Below are positions 25,700 to 37,430 of a DNA stretch of 64,000 nt, one piece after another. The position numbers and the translations under genes were made by a program. Positions within the stretch are counted from its first letter, which is position 1. Every line of letters starts with the position of its first letter. Origin of the DNA: Azolla caroliniana (Eukaryota > Plantae > Polypodiophyta); contig JBHGNT010000009.1 in NCBI GenBank assembly GCA_043228905.1, positions 248,001-312,000 on the forward strand, written 5' to 3'. The notes under the pieces are model-generated. The model was not told the origin of the DNA and did not search any database. It worked only from the letters and a program-made list of their open reading frames with translations.

Positions 25700-27700
25700 G
25701 AATTAAGCATACATACTTCCACCCAAAATTATTGGGATGTTTCAGTATTGAAACATTGAAACAATCTAATCTTGGATTGTTTGCTCATTTGTTATGTAAC
25801 ATTGTTCAGGAGCAATGTATATGTGGCCATAAACTCTCATTCGTTTCTCGATTTTCACGGAACACCTTAAAGTAATTTATAATTAATTCCCCTCTATTGT
25901 TCAACTTGAGAGCTTTTAGTTTCATATCGTTTCCCATCTTCACAACAACCAACCATATCGTAAACATAACAAAGATCTCTTCATTGTTCTTCAATGGGTG
26001 TGCCAAAACCTTCTTGTGGCAGCATCAGCAAATGTTATGAAGAACCATGTTGTGCCTAGCAAATGGACAATCATTGAACCACAAACATCAAAGCGTACCA
26101 ACTCTAGTAGGTTTATCTATTTTCTAACACCACACTCTTCTTATGTTTATCCAACACAACTTTTGTATTTCTTATGATTTCATAATACCAAGGCGTATCT
26201 TTTTAGGGGAAAAAAATAACAACATACTCTTCGTAAAATTAGAAATCAAAATATAATAAGGTGGGAAAATAATCATAGCTTGATAACACTCTCATTCTAG
26301 TTTTCAAGATCTCTTGTGATATGTTATGTGGTCATGTGATCAACAAAAGATTTTTCCCCGCCAAGAGATGCTACCTTTGGGACACGTAAAGCAAGTATAA
26401 TGATGTAGACCGGTTCCCTCTTACAACCACAAGGTTACCATTGCACAAGCATTGCCTGGTACCTAATCTTATCCATCTATCCCATTGATAGGAAAATCTT
26501 CACCAATTCGTGTACGTCAAGAATTTCATCTAGCATGAGCTTCTTCCCACCTTGTAACTCAAGAGTTATGGATGCAATTTCAATCACTTCACACTGGTGA
26601 GTCTTTGAGTTGCACGATCTCAAGTTAGGTGGGTCTCATGCATTGGGCACATGAACTATGTGTAATAGTTTAACCATGCATGTGACACCTATTTGCCAAG
26701 AGAACATCTCCCGCTATCATGTAAAGGATTTTCCGTCTTTGATAGGACGTTAATTTCTTCCATCATTATAACTTAGTATGTGACCAACAACTACTTGAAA
26801 TACCCATCATAAGTGCTCCTAATTCCACTCTTTGGGTGTTGAAAATCTTTTGGATAGTGACCCTTTTTATGGTAGGTGTAGCATGTCGCCGTCCTTAATA
26901 TCGTAAACTTGCTTTAATTGTGGGTCTTCTCTTCCTGCACAAATCCCACACTTTGTCACATGCACCATCTTGTGTAGTCACCATTGTGTTTTGACTAATC
27001 TCCTCCCCAAGAAGCTTTATGCACACGTTTATGTTTACCAATGTGCCCTTTGCTAGCTTGTGTTGAATATTATGTCCCATGAGTTGGACAATGTGAACAT
27101 GAGCATGATGACTTGCATGGCGCATCTTCAACCCCTTCAACTTTGAATGATGATTGATGTGAGAGGTGAGATTCCTTCATCCAAATCTTGAATAACAACC
27201 TCCACATCAAGTAGATCCTAATAGAAAGTGATGTTCTTTTCATATGCATTGGTTACTTTCTTCCACAACTACTTTGAGTTTTTGCCATCCAAGACTCAAA
27301 AGTAGATGTTATCCACTAGATTTAAATGAATTGTTAGCGTGGCTAGTCCCTCCAATGACTATATTAGCTTTCAATGCCAATCGAGATTGCAATCACACAA
27401 TGCCACCAAGATATAGGCTTTTGGAATCTAACTTTATCTTCCACCCGCATATGTCACACAATTATTTTATGATAAACATCATTTGTTGATATTTTGCCAA
27501 GCCTCCTATTCCTAACAAGTGTCCAATCAAGCTCTCATGATCCTTCATCGAATCTAGCTTTGGGCCTTGCAATATTGAGAACCCCTACAAGTTATCCGAG
27601 ATAAGCATATTCCCTCTTGGAGCATTGAATGTCAATCATGTTATTCTGAAAGCCATTAATAATTTTTGTTTGACCACCATGGCATCCTGCACTATAATGC
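25700..27700 (-). mobile_element. Old, highly degenerate Ty1/copia gag-protease-integrase remnant
   Basis: Minus-strand fragments AHPLKNNEEIF...KLKALKLNNRGEL resemble copia integrase (xYPLKxKDEVF...KLKCLRSDNGGEF). Many stops. Boundaries approximate. Confidence 0.55.
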
Positions 27701-30700
27701 ATCCAAATCAACCCCTTTGATTAGGACAAAAAAGTTTCCTTTTCGCCTAATTTAATGTTGCTAAAAACTCTTTTCGCCTAATGTAATGTAACACACACCC
27801 TCTTTGGAGAAGGATGCCACGATATACACTCAAGACACTTGCCAAGCTGCTGCTAAATGATTAAGAAAAAGAGGCCTTTGACACATCATAATTCTTTTAG
27901 AATTAGCCACATTCCACCAATTTGTCTCAACTTTCCTAGATTTATGATTGTCTTTCCAATAAAGAACACCACAAATTTTGCTTAAGGTTGTATACCTCAA
28001 AACACAAAGCGAAGCAATGAAACCCTTCGATCATACAATTCAATAGTGTCATTTTGACAATTAGTTTAGGAGTACAAGTGTTGATTCCATATCAACAAAG
28101 AATTAGTAGGTTTCCCTTTTTCTCTTCCATTACAATGATTCCAAGGAACCACCACCTTCTCAATAGCCTTATTTGACCATATGGCAATAACAAGAGATCG
28201 TATGAAAGCATGGGTATCGAGTTGATTATGTGACCTTAAGTCTCACATGAAAACACGAATGTTGTGACCTCTAATATATAAACTTCTATTCAAGCCTTTT
28301 AGGCACACGATAAATAAACTTAACACGAGAGCTCTCCATGCCGATTGGATTCTGTAGATGTCTTGTTTAGAGTTTAGGGTTGAGGATAAACATGCATCAA
28401 TCCATTCTCATTTCATGTATTGAACAAGGTAGGATCCATGTATATCCCTTGATGTCCAAACTTTCTCAAACAACATCGTAATTGGTCCCTTCAAATGTTA
28501 AACACATTTCTAAAACAAACTCATTTGTTAATTCATCTTGCCTTGGATTCTTATAATTTACAAGATGAGTTGTCACCCTTTCCACATCATCTTCTGAAAT
28601 ATCTACATCTAAGACTTCCACAATTTCATGCGATCCATGATTCATCACTTCTTCCAAAACGACATTTCGAGTATGCTTAACATTGTCATCAACATGACCT
28701 TCTACATCTAGCAATTGTAAGAATTATTCCACTCATTTAGCCACTATGATTTGAGGATCCATATGCATCTACACATTCTCTTCTGCTTTTGCAACATAAT
28801 CTAGCATATGATTCATGAAGAACATGGAAGAACTCATGCAATTGACAAAATTAATATCCTAAGGTTTTTGTCTTAACCAATCACTCTAGCTTGTTGATAA
28901 TTCTTAACTTTGAGATAATCAAAGTAGACGATAGTTTCTCTTGAATTTTGAAAAATTATCATACGTTAAACAATGTCTTAACAACAAGTTACACTTATCT
29001 AGTAAATCATTCAACAACTTAAATTTTCTTCTACTTCTAAAGGCATGATGAATTCTATGTGCATAGCATGTATAGCCATAGTGGAAATGACTACACCAAC
29101 ACTACTATGATCCATATGGTCCAATGCAAAATGAAAGCATCCCACACATTACTTAGTGCTACATTCCACACCTAATGCATTTTGAATCAGGAACAAGTCC
29201 TAATCCTCAAGCTTTATTTTTTTCTTTAATCCTATTTAACTCCATTTCCTTTTATGCCAACATTTGAAGTGAATTCCACAAGAATTGCATAAGAATTTGA
29301 ATGAGAATGTAACTTCATTGATGTTTTTATTTATTCCATGGCGTATGCAAACTTCCACTACCATCAAAGGACAATGTGTTAGGAAGTTCCTCATCAAGAG
29401 CCCATGGCCTAGTTTACACAAAATCACATTCCAAGCTTGGAACTATCTTTTCCTCATTGGGTTTAATGCCCCACCCTTACTACTTTTGTTGGTATTTGGA
29501 CCAACTACAACCCATTGTTCATCCTCCTCCGTTGATTTCCTACTCTTCTCATTCAACACCAGTTGTTATCTTGTTTGTTCCACCAATTGGTAGCTTTGAG
29601 TTCTTATAATTCTGGCGTGACTCCTCAACTCTCTCCACTGTAGTTTTGGCCATAGTAATTCTTGTATTATTTTCCATAATTTTACCTCTTTGCGGACACT
29701 TAGCCTTAAAATGTCATAATAAACTCTATAATGGAAACAATGCCCTCCAAATGTACCTCAATTAAGCTTTAAGTGCATAAGAGACATGCCATCATATCCT
29801 CTCTCTCTCTCTCTCTCTCTCATATCAATACTCCCTCCACCTTTCATAGATATAGTCTAACTCCATGTCTACTATCAAATACAAGGGTACTAAGCATATC
29901 CCAATTACAACACAATCCTCGATGTCTTAGAAAGAGGAAAACAATCTCCATATGATGATCCCAGCTCAAGCTATGGGAATAGTGCACACACATAGTTGTC
30001 TTGGCACCAAATAACATGCCAAATTCTGGGAAATGCAACCCCAAAAATCGAGACAGCGCGATATGAAATTGAAGCATGGAGCAAAGACAAGCAATTGCAT
30101 GTTGTTAGTCGTACGTCTCTTTAGAACTAATCCCAAAAACTACCACCTTCCCTCCAAGCCAGGGACCACAAACATACTCACTCTCCAAATGAAGAAGATG
30201 TTCGCTAGAAGTGGCGACATTTCGAGATTGATGGCCATGTGGTGATGAGAGAGTTTCCGTGGGTTACCCCCCCTTACTCCACCCCCTTCCTTCTTTCTAC
30301 TACTCTTCTTATGCATTAACACTATATACATATTATGTATACACATAATACACTACAAAGAGATTATGTAGTTAGTAGTAGTTAGGTAGTAGTAGTAGTA
30401 GTGAATATAGTAAGTAGTTACATACAGAGTTACTCCCAAAACCTCATGCATTCATTCATTCATTCTGCATGGTTTTCGAAATGTTCCAGAAAACGCTGAT
30501 TCATTCTCCTGCAGCCAGAATCGTACTTGTTACATTTGGAAATGGAGCATATACATATGCTGCTGCTCTCTGCGTTCCCTTAAGCCTGCTTTGTATTGCG
30601 CCATTCTGAAAGGTTATCTTCTTGTGCCTCTCTCTCCTTCTTCTTCTTCTTCTTCTCTTTGTCTGTGGAAGCTTTGATGCCTTCAAGAACGTTCCATTTC

Positions 30701-31193
30701 TGGTTTGTTCCCAATGGAGAGGGTTAATCTTGAAAATCATGAACATAAGCTAGACGCCCGCCTGTCACCTTCTCTCAGGATTCATAATTTAGAATGAAAG
30801 AGAAAAGAACGGAAATCCCAATGTCGTTACCTCCTGATCTGCTAAGGAAAAGAGAAGATAAAAAAATTCTTGGTTTTTTCCCACTTTTTGATCTGATGAG
30901 AGAAACATAAAGAAGAAGATGACGAAACAGCTCAAAGTTTTACACTGTTGGATCTATTGAGAAAAGGGAAAAGACGAAGAAATCGCTCATAATTTTCACT
31001 TCTTGGTTTGATGAGGAAGGAAAATATGCAGAAATAGTTAGCGTTTCTACTTCTTTATCTTATGAGAGAGAAAAGATGAAGAAAATTTCCACTTCTTGAT
31101 TTGATGAAAGAAAGAACAGCTGAAATTACGTTTTCACTTCTTGATCTGATGAGAACTCGATTGTTCGTTTCTTGATCTCATGAAAATGTGACG

Positions 31194-31553
31194 ATGCCAC
31201 CTCTATCAGAAGAAGCAGAGAACAGAAGGAGGAGGAGGAGGAGGAGCAATTTCCTAGCTTTACTTTTCTGTCAGCTTATTTGGATATTTCCTATAGCTTT
31301 CTTTCTTCTTTCTTCCTCTCCTGAGATTGTGATACCTCAAGACACAAATGTTATAAGGTTCCATGGGCCCTTTAAAGCGTTTGATGATAGTGAGCTCGAA
31401 CTGCTGAAGAAAATCAATGAAGATTGGAGGGAATTCAGAACTTCAATGAAGGGAACTTTTGAAAGAACAGGTCTTATGCAACCTTGGGACAAATCCTGTT
31501 TTATTTGGCTACCGGAATGCTATCTCTTGGCTAAGCATGAGAAGATTATACAA
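31194..31553 (+). CDS. PhyH-like Fe(II)/2OG dioxygenase-cupin fusion protein, exon 1 (basic tract plus N-terminal hydrophobic anchor)
   Basis: ATG at 31194. RRRRRRR followed by hydrophobic FLALLFCQLIWIFPIAFFLL. GT donor (GTAAG) at 31554, phase 0. Confidence 0.72.
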
Positions 31554-31779
31554 GTAAGAGTGCTATGTCTTCACATCTAGTTTCTCTTTGGTTCTTTGAT
31601 TCTTTAAAACCTCACCAAAGAACCCCCTAAGTTTTCAAAATTACAGGAATGTCACTTCTAATACAAGGAAATACATTTCAAAAATTCTAGAATTTACTAC
31701 GACAAACAGATATTTTGGTATTTTCCTCTTTTCTTTTTGTGTTGATTTTTCAAAATTCTTCCTTGTACACATTTGTTAG

Positions 31780-32055
31780 ATTGTTGAAGAAGCTATTGGA
31801 CCAAATGTGTTGCTCTATGGTATGAAAGTTTGGAAAGGTAGGAATGATCCTATGGAGACATTTCATAAAGACTTGGAGAGTTTAGGTTGTGAGAAATCCA
31901 TGAATTTCATTTTGGGACGCACTGTTCAACTTATCAGCCAATCAAATAAAGTCACCGAACGAATGTCGCAGATCATGTTGAAAATTTTGCACCAGTTTGA
32001 AAAAGAATCATCAAGAAGTACGGCAGAGAAAGAGCAACTAACCATCCTTGAAAAG
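31780..32055 (+). CDS. PhyH-like/cupin fusion, exon 2
   Basis: TTAG acceptor ending at 31779. Joins in frame to give LLAKHEKIIQ|IVEEAIGPNVLLYGMKVWKG...TFHKDLE, a PhyH-like pattern with HxD. GT donor at 32056. Confidence 0.72.
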
Positions 32056-32526
32056 GTATAAAACAATAAAACATAGTTAATGTAATTTTAGGGAATTACA
32101 TATTGTCCTTGTAGGAGGGGGGTCCATAATAATGGCATATTGATTACATTTGCATCTGAGCTTAGATACTATAAAAGCATGCTGATGTTTCACAAAATGA
32201 TATATTTATAAGTTCTCAGCACAAACTATTTTGACATAGATATATATAGACATAGAGATAGAAATAAATATAGATGGCTATATAGATATATAGGAAAGTT
32301 TGGTCAAGAAATTGTTCATTATAAGGTGGATGTTTACTTCAGCATTCATTTCTTACATGCTAAAAAATGTAATGGTTGATTTCTTTCAAAATTATATAAA
32401 TTTCATTATTCTTAACCATGTCAATGCATATCTCTGAACATTAAAAGTCTTAACCCTTGATACTTCTCAAAATTTCGTTTACTCAATTTGGTCAAACAGT
32501 AATTTCATACAAGTGCTCTATGACAG

Positions 32527-33705
32527 TTTTTCACTGCGAGAGTAAAGAGGATCGTAAGGGATGCCGATGTTCGGTTCGAGAACTTGATGGGTCAAAAAGG
32601 ATATGGTGTGCTTTTTCATGGAGGAACAATCTATCGTATAGGTGCAGGGTTGAATGATGATGATGATGATGATGAAGGCTTGCTTATGCATTTTGTTTCA
32701 TCCGATTGCAAGGTGAGACATTTGGGAAATCATGTATGGGGAATACATGGGATTAGCCATTCTCTTTATATGCCACCAGTTCTCTTAGTATCAGGGAATC
32801 TTACAAATAATCTAAGTGCTCCAAATGATGTTCGCCACTCATTAGCAAAGGATGAAACACTAAGGTTGAACATCGACTTTGAAAATGAGGATACAAGCAA
32901 ACCATTGGGAACCAAACTTGTACTGAGCAACCATAGTGATCTCTTAGAAGAATCACCTGAAGTTGAGATATTCATAGATTCCAGTACTCGGCAAGTAGGA
33001 TGGCATGAGCATAGTGTTTGGATGTTTCGGCAAGTAGGGGAAATCAGAACCTCGCTAATTGAAATGGGTAGAATAGAACAATTTCTTCTGTCAGAGAAAA
33101 ATCTGCAGGTCGATTTCGATAGGGTTTTTGGTGATGGTAAACAAGCATTAGTAGTGTCACGACATGGGATGCGATATTTCAGATCATGTAATGATGGGAA
33201 ACTTCGTCATTGGGAACTGTTGGAGCTTAGACCAGGTAGTGCAGTGCTACTATTGAGAGACTTGACTCATGCGTTCATGCCTTTAGGAAAGGAAACGTCC
33301 TTTCTTTCATTTTCATGGGTTGGTTATGACAAAAAGAATACTAGTATAAGAGAGTTCAAGAATGGTCACACAAAGTTCGAGAACGATATACCGTCTTTCG
33401 AATGTTATTTGACCCATCCTACTGGAGGGCAAACCATTTCATTGGTGACTGGTCAAGCTTATGACCCCGATAATTCTGAGAATTGTGATGTCATAGTCTT
33501 TGTGGTGGAGGGACAGCTTTTACAATTACTTCCTTCTAATGACACAATCCAAGCTCCTTCCACTCTGCTCATTCCAGCAGGGAAATCTCTTGTTTTATGG
33601 AATGTTGGGCATCAGCTCGCGAAATTCTTTGCACTGCATGTTTGCCATTGTGACAATAGTATGCAGATTGCTATGTCCTTTGGAGCAACTGGGAAAATAT
33701 TTTGA
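32527..33705 (+). CDS. PhyH-like/cupin fusion, exon 3 (end of the dioxygenase fold plus two cupin-like barrels; spliced product about 604 aa)
   Basis: CAG acceptor at 32524-32526, immediately after an in-frame TGA. Contains KGYGVLFHGGTIY, LELRPGSAVLLLRDLTHAF and DVIVFVVEGQL...LLIPAGKSLVLWNVG. TGA at 33703-33705. Confidence 0.75.
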   Translation, partial: FFTARVKRIVRDADVRFENLMGQKGYGVLFHGGTIYRIGAGLNDDDDDDEGLLMHFVSSDCKVRHLGNHVWGIHGISHSLYMPPVLLVSGNLTNNLSAPNDVRHSLAKDETLRLNIDFENEDTSKPLGTKLVLSNHSDLLEESPEVEIFIDSSTRQVGWHEHSVWMFRQVGEIRTSLIEMGRIEQFLLSEKNLQVDFDRVFGDGKQALVVSRHGMRYFRSCNDGKLRHWELLELRPGSAVLLLRDLTHAFMPLGKETSFLSFSWVGYDKKNTSIREFKNGHTKFENDIPSFECYLTHPTGGQTISLVTGQAYDPDNSENCDVIVFVVEGQLLQLLPSNDTIQAPSTLLIPAGKSLVLWNVGHQLAKFFALHVCHCDNSMQIAMSFGATGKIF

Positions 33706-34201
33706 GCTGCTCTTACGCATCAAAATCCAGATTTAGGAAATATATGTGCACTGATGCATCGCTTCATATTTCCAATACATGTGTATTTGGTCCAAAGCTT
33801 CAATGTATGCAAATTCTATGTAATGACGTTACGTGAGAAAAGTAAAAAAAAAAGGCTCCTGTGAGCCAATATATTGGCAAGTAAATTTGGATTATCGTGG
33901 CTCTCCCTCCATATTATAACACGGAGTGAAATTTATCACCTTATGCTTGGAACATGCATTTACTTGATGTGAATGATTTGCTTGCTGATGCCATATACTA
34001 AATGGAAAACATCTTTTGTATTGTGTGCTGGAGCTTATAGGATATGCTCTGTTCTTGATACCCGACCATTCTTGTCAAGACAGCATTGTAAATGAAATAA
34101 ATAAGAATATACATCTGCCCCTGGGTGTATACTTGTGTGGAATTTAGAGGGAAAAAAGAGAAGTAATTCTCTCAAACTTTGGCTGCTCATGACGAACACA
34201 T

Positions 34202-34330
34202 AAAGATTGAATGCCAAAAAACCAATGCTGATAAAAACATTACATTCAAATAAGGATCCAAAATTAAAGATTGAATGCCAAAAAACCAATGCTGATAAAA
34301 ACACTACATTCAAATAAGGATCCAAAATTT
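34202..34330. repeat. Tandem duplication of about 64 bp (2 copies)
   Basis: AAAGATTGAATGCCAAAAAACCAATGCTGATAAAAACA(T/C)TACATTCAAATAAGGATCCAAAATT twice. Confidence 0.9.
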
Positions 34331-34400
34331 TTGTATACGACTTTTTAGAAATTGCCCATTTTATTATAGGGTACAAATAAACATGTAATTTGGCAATCCA

Positions 34401-34420
34401 TTAGGGTTTAGGGTTTAGGG
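34401..34420 (+). repeat. Short interstitial plant telomere-type repeat (TTTAGGG, about 3 units)
   Basis: TTAGGG TTTAGGG TTTAGGG. Confidence 0.7.
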
Positions 34421-35291
34421 CCAATTTCTCTGAAGAGATGCTACAACATTGCTTGTACAAATTTTGAATATCATTGTGCATTGTTTATGCATGTGATATT
34501 GTGCTCATGGGGTCCCAAAAAAGTCAAATATGATCTTGAGAAAGAAACTATGTTAGTAGAAGACAAAACCTAGACTATGGGATAATTATTTAGTGGAAGA
34601 CAAACCTAGCCAATAGGGTAAACTTAACAAAATATCTCCTTTGGACTGAATTGCTAAAAAACCAAATGACATTTGTTATAGATATTTCATTCCAAGACAA
34701 TATGAAAATGTAGTTAAAACAACGTTTTGATTTTATTCTTATGGGGTTGCATCCCTAGAAATATTTAGTTGGATAAATAATAATACATAAGGGCAAAGCC
34801 ATTGTAAGCAAACTAGAGGCGATGCACATAATGCGACATGTTCCATTAAAAGCATTAAAGATTTTTTCCTCTCCTCATGATTTGCTAATTTCAAATTCAT
34901 TGTATTACAAATAACTATTGTGTTCACATGTTGGTGATGACAAGCAAATGCATAATCTTGTCAATTATAAGCTGGCAAAAAAGTATTTGGGGGGGTTATC
35001 AAAATTCTCTTACTAACTAATTACCACGACGCATAGTGGCTTGAAGTTTAGGATATAGGGGTCAAGAATATCGCTTTATTGGTAAGAAAGAGGTGTCACT
35101 TGTAGCTTAGCATTTGCCGTGCCAAACTTCTATTGTTGAATCACCTATGAGCATGATTGGGAGGTGAATCTCACCGTACATAAGTGGGATTACACCATGG
35201 AATGCACACAATTGCGCATTGTGTATCAAAAGAGAGGATGTTCCCCAAAGACATTAAAAGAACTTTTGCAATCAAAACATGGTTTATTCAA

Positions 35292-35412
35292 CCAAGTGTT
35301 GTAGCAAGTGGACAATAGGTCATGGTCAATTAAACCAAGTGCTCTAGTAAGTGTACAATAGGCCATAGTAAATTCGACCAAGTGCTCTAGCAAGTGTACA
35401 ATAAGCCAATAA
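35292..35412. repeat. About 43-bp tandem repeat, 3 copies
   Basis: CAAGTG(C/T)T(C/G)TAG(C/T)AAGTG(T/G)ACAATA(G/A)G.CA repeated. Confidence 0.8.
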
Positions 35413-35619
35413 CAACATATTTAGACAAACTCTAACCCTGTGATTCCACAACAAGGACAAATTAGAGACAATAATATGACCAATATGCAAAATATAAATG
35501 TAGTTTGATCTCAAAGTTACATGGCCCATGGGACATGATCTTGAAATTTGAGTTACAATAAATGATTATTAGGGAGGAGATGCTCGAATTAGTATGCAAG
35601 TTCCATTATAAGTTGTTAG

Positions 35620-36442
35620 TAGCAATCGACAACAATTTGTTTTGAGCCTAATTAAATTACACAAACCACATGTAACTAGTTTAATGGCTTAATGATTTCA
35701 TGACGTAAACGGTTCAATTTGATTCAGTTTGAACCTCTATATGTTCGGTTACTTTAGCATTTTTTTCAAATATGTATTAAATATAAATAATTTCATAAAG
35801 TATTGGTTAAGAACTTAAAAGCCTATTAATATAATAAGTTATTACATTTGAGGTTCAATATTTTCTCTTTTCTCAATTTAGGGTTTTGGATTTACAGTTT
35901 GAACATTGTAGATTCATTCTTTTTCTCTCTTATCCATGTTTATCACATGATTCTCTGTATTTTCCAAAATCTTTAAGTTTACATAAATTTTAATGTTTTT
36001 TATGCTCCATATTTGGTTAGTGGTTTAAACTTTAAATCATTTCAGAAATTAAGTGGTATTTCAATATGAAGTATCTAGTTGATCTATTATTTAACAGTTT
36101 AATGAATTTAAGTGGTTTTTTAAAAATATGAAAGCATTTGTTAATAAAAAATAAAACTTTCAAAAATTCTGAGTGTAAAGGTAGTGACAATTTGATTTGA
36201 ACCAAATGGAACCCGGAAACCATTGTGTAACGGCTTAACACTTTGTACCAAAATGGAATCAGGAACCATTGCTCAACAACTTAATGCTTTGTAAATCTCT
36301 TGAGTTGTTTGGTTTGAGCTTGGAAATCCCGCCACCAATTTGGTTTTAACATTGCAATTATAGGTTCCGTGGTTCGATATGATTTGGTCGCGAACCAAAC
36401 CGAACCGAACCATTGTTGGTTGTGAATTGTTGGATAAGCTTA
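35620..36442. mobile_element. Possible non-autonomous hAT-like MITE (AT-rich core, GAACC/GGTTC subterminal motifs)
   Basis: Clusters of GGTTC/GAACC near 35710-35750 and 36195-36415 (AACCAAACCGAACCGAACC). TIR and TSD could not be fixed. Confidence 0.35.
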
Positions 36443-37296
36443 GCATAGGACACAATATACATACTTTGCACTAAAGCAATGCAATTGACTACACAAAAAT
36501 CAATAGAATTGAAATCATTGGTCCTCAGCTATAATAATGACACATTTTGAAACTTCATTTTGTAACCTCAATTCGTACCTTATCTTAGTTGTTTTGGGTT
36601 TGCACATCCGCGACCTCTAAACAATATCATGAATGTTCATTGATGAGATGGTAACATATGGGCTCTCTCACAAGCGATGTTGATGTACATGTTCGTAGAG
36701 TGATTGTACATTTGGCATATGGCAGATGTGGACGGTGTATCATAATTGTCTTTTTAGGTAGTTATACATCGATTGCACCATATCTTCCTCAAGTTCTTCT
36801 CCTTGATGTAGATTATTTCTATTATTACGTGGCTATACATCAATATTTAGGTGGCTTTATTCCATAGACACATGCACAATGGTGTGGTGTCTCTGTTTTG
36901 TCCCCTGTCCCAACTAGGACACATTCCCAATCTGAATTGTGACTCACCAAGGGGCTGAGTCCCAACGGGTAGTCTCATAGGCCATCTTTTGCCTATATAA
37001 TGAGGATCATCCCGCATTTGTAACTCATTCTTTGATTCACCATTTCAGCTCTAAGGAGCATAGCAAATCTCTCCCTCTCTCTAGTAACTTGTTTTGGGAG
37101 TTGTCCCGCCTTGTTCAGAAAAAGGAATATTTTGAAAACAAATTGGTGCGTGATTTCTTAATCTAAGAGTTAGGTAATTAGTCTTAATCCCCCTTATCCT
37201 TATGTAACCATTTGGAGTGGAGGGTAAGAGAGTGAGGGAGGTTGATTCTCAATGTAGATGAAAACATGTACCCTCAAGGTAGAGAATTCTTGTAAG

Positions 37297-37430
37297 CAAG
37301 ATTTCCTTGAGCCAAGAATTTCTCAAACCAAGTTTCCTTGAACCATGCTTCCTTGAGCATGATTTCCTAGAACCAAGTTTCTTCAAACCAAGATTCCCCA
37401 AATCGAAATCCTCAAAAGAGATATTTCTCA
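37297..37430. repeat. Degenerate 15-bp tandem repeat (about 8-9 units)
   Basis: CAAGATTTCCTTGAG / CAAGTTTCCTTGAAC / CATGCTTCCTTGAGC and similar units, followed by purine tract AAAAGGGGGGA. Confidence 0.75.

Noticed and set aside
27860-29700. Possible CACTA or hAT transposase remnant (also about 46300-47500)
   Set aside because: Only vague peptide resemblances in heavily stopped frames, with no TIR or TSD found, so it could not be supported.
30890-31172. Hammerhead ribozyme cores (CTGATGAG...GAAA)
   Set aside because: At about 30893 CTGATGA is followed by GAGAAAC with no stem II. At about 31146 a GAAC/GTTC stem exists but is followed by GTTT rather than GAAA. No stems I/III found.
34401-34420. 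Chromosome end or healed break
   Set aside because: Only about three telomere units; such short tracts (telo-box-like) are common in plant genomes.
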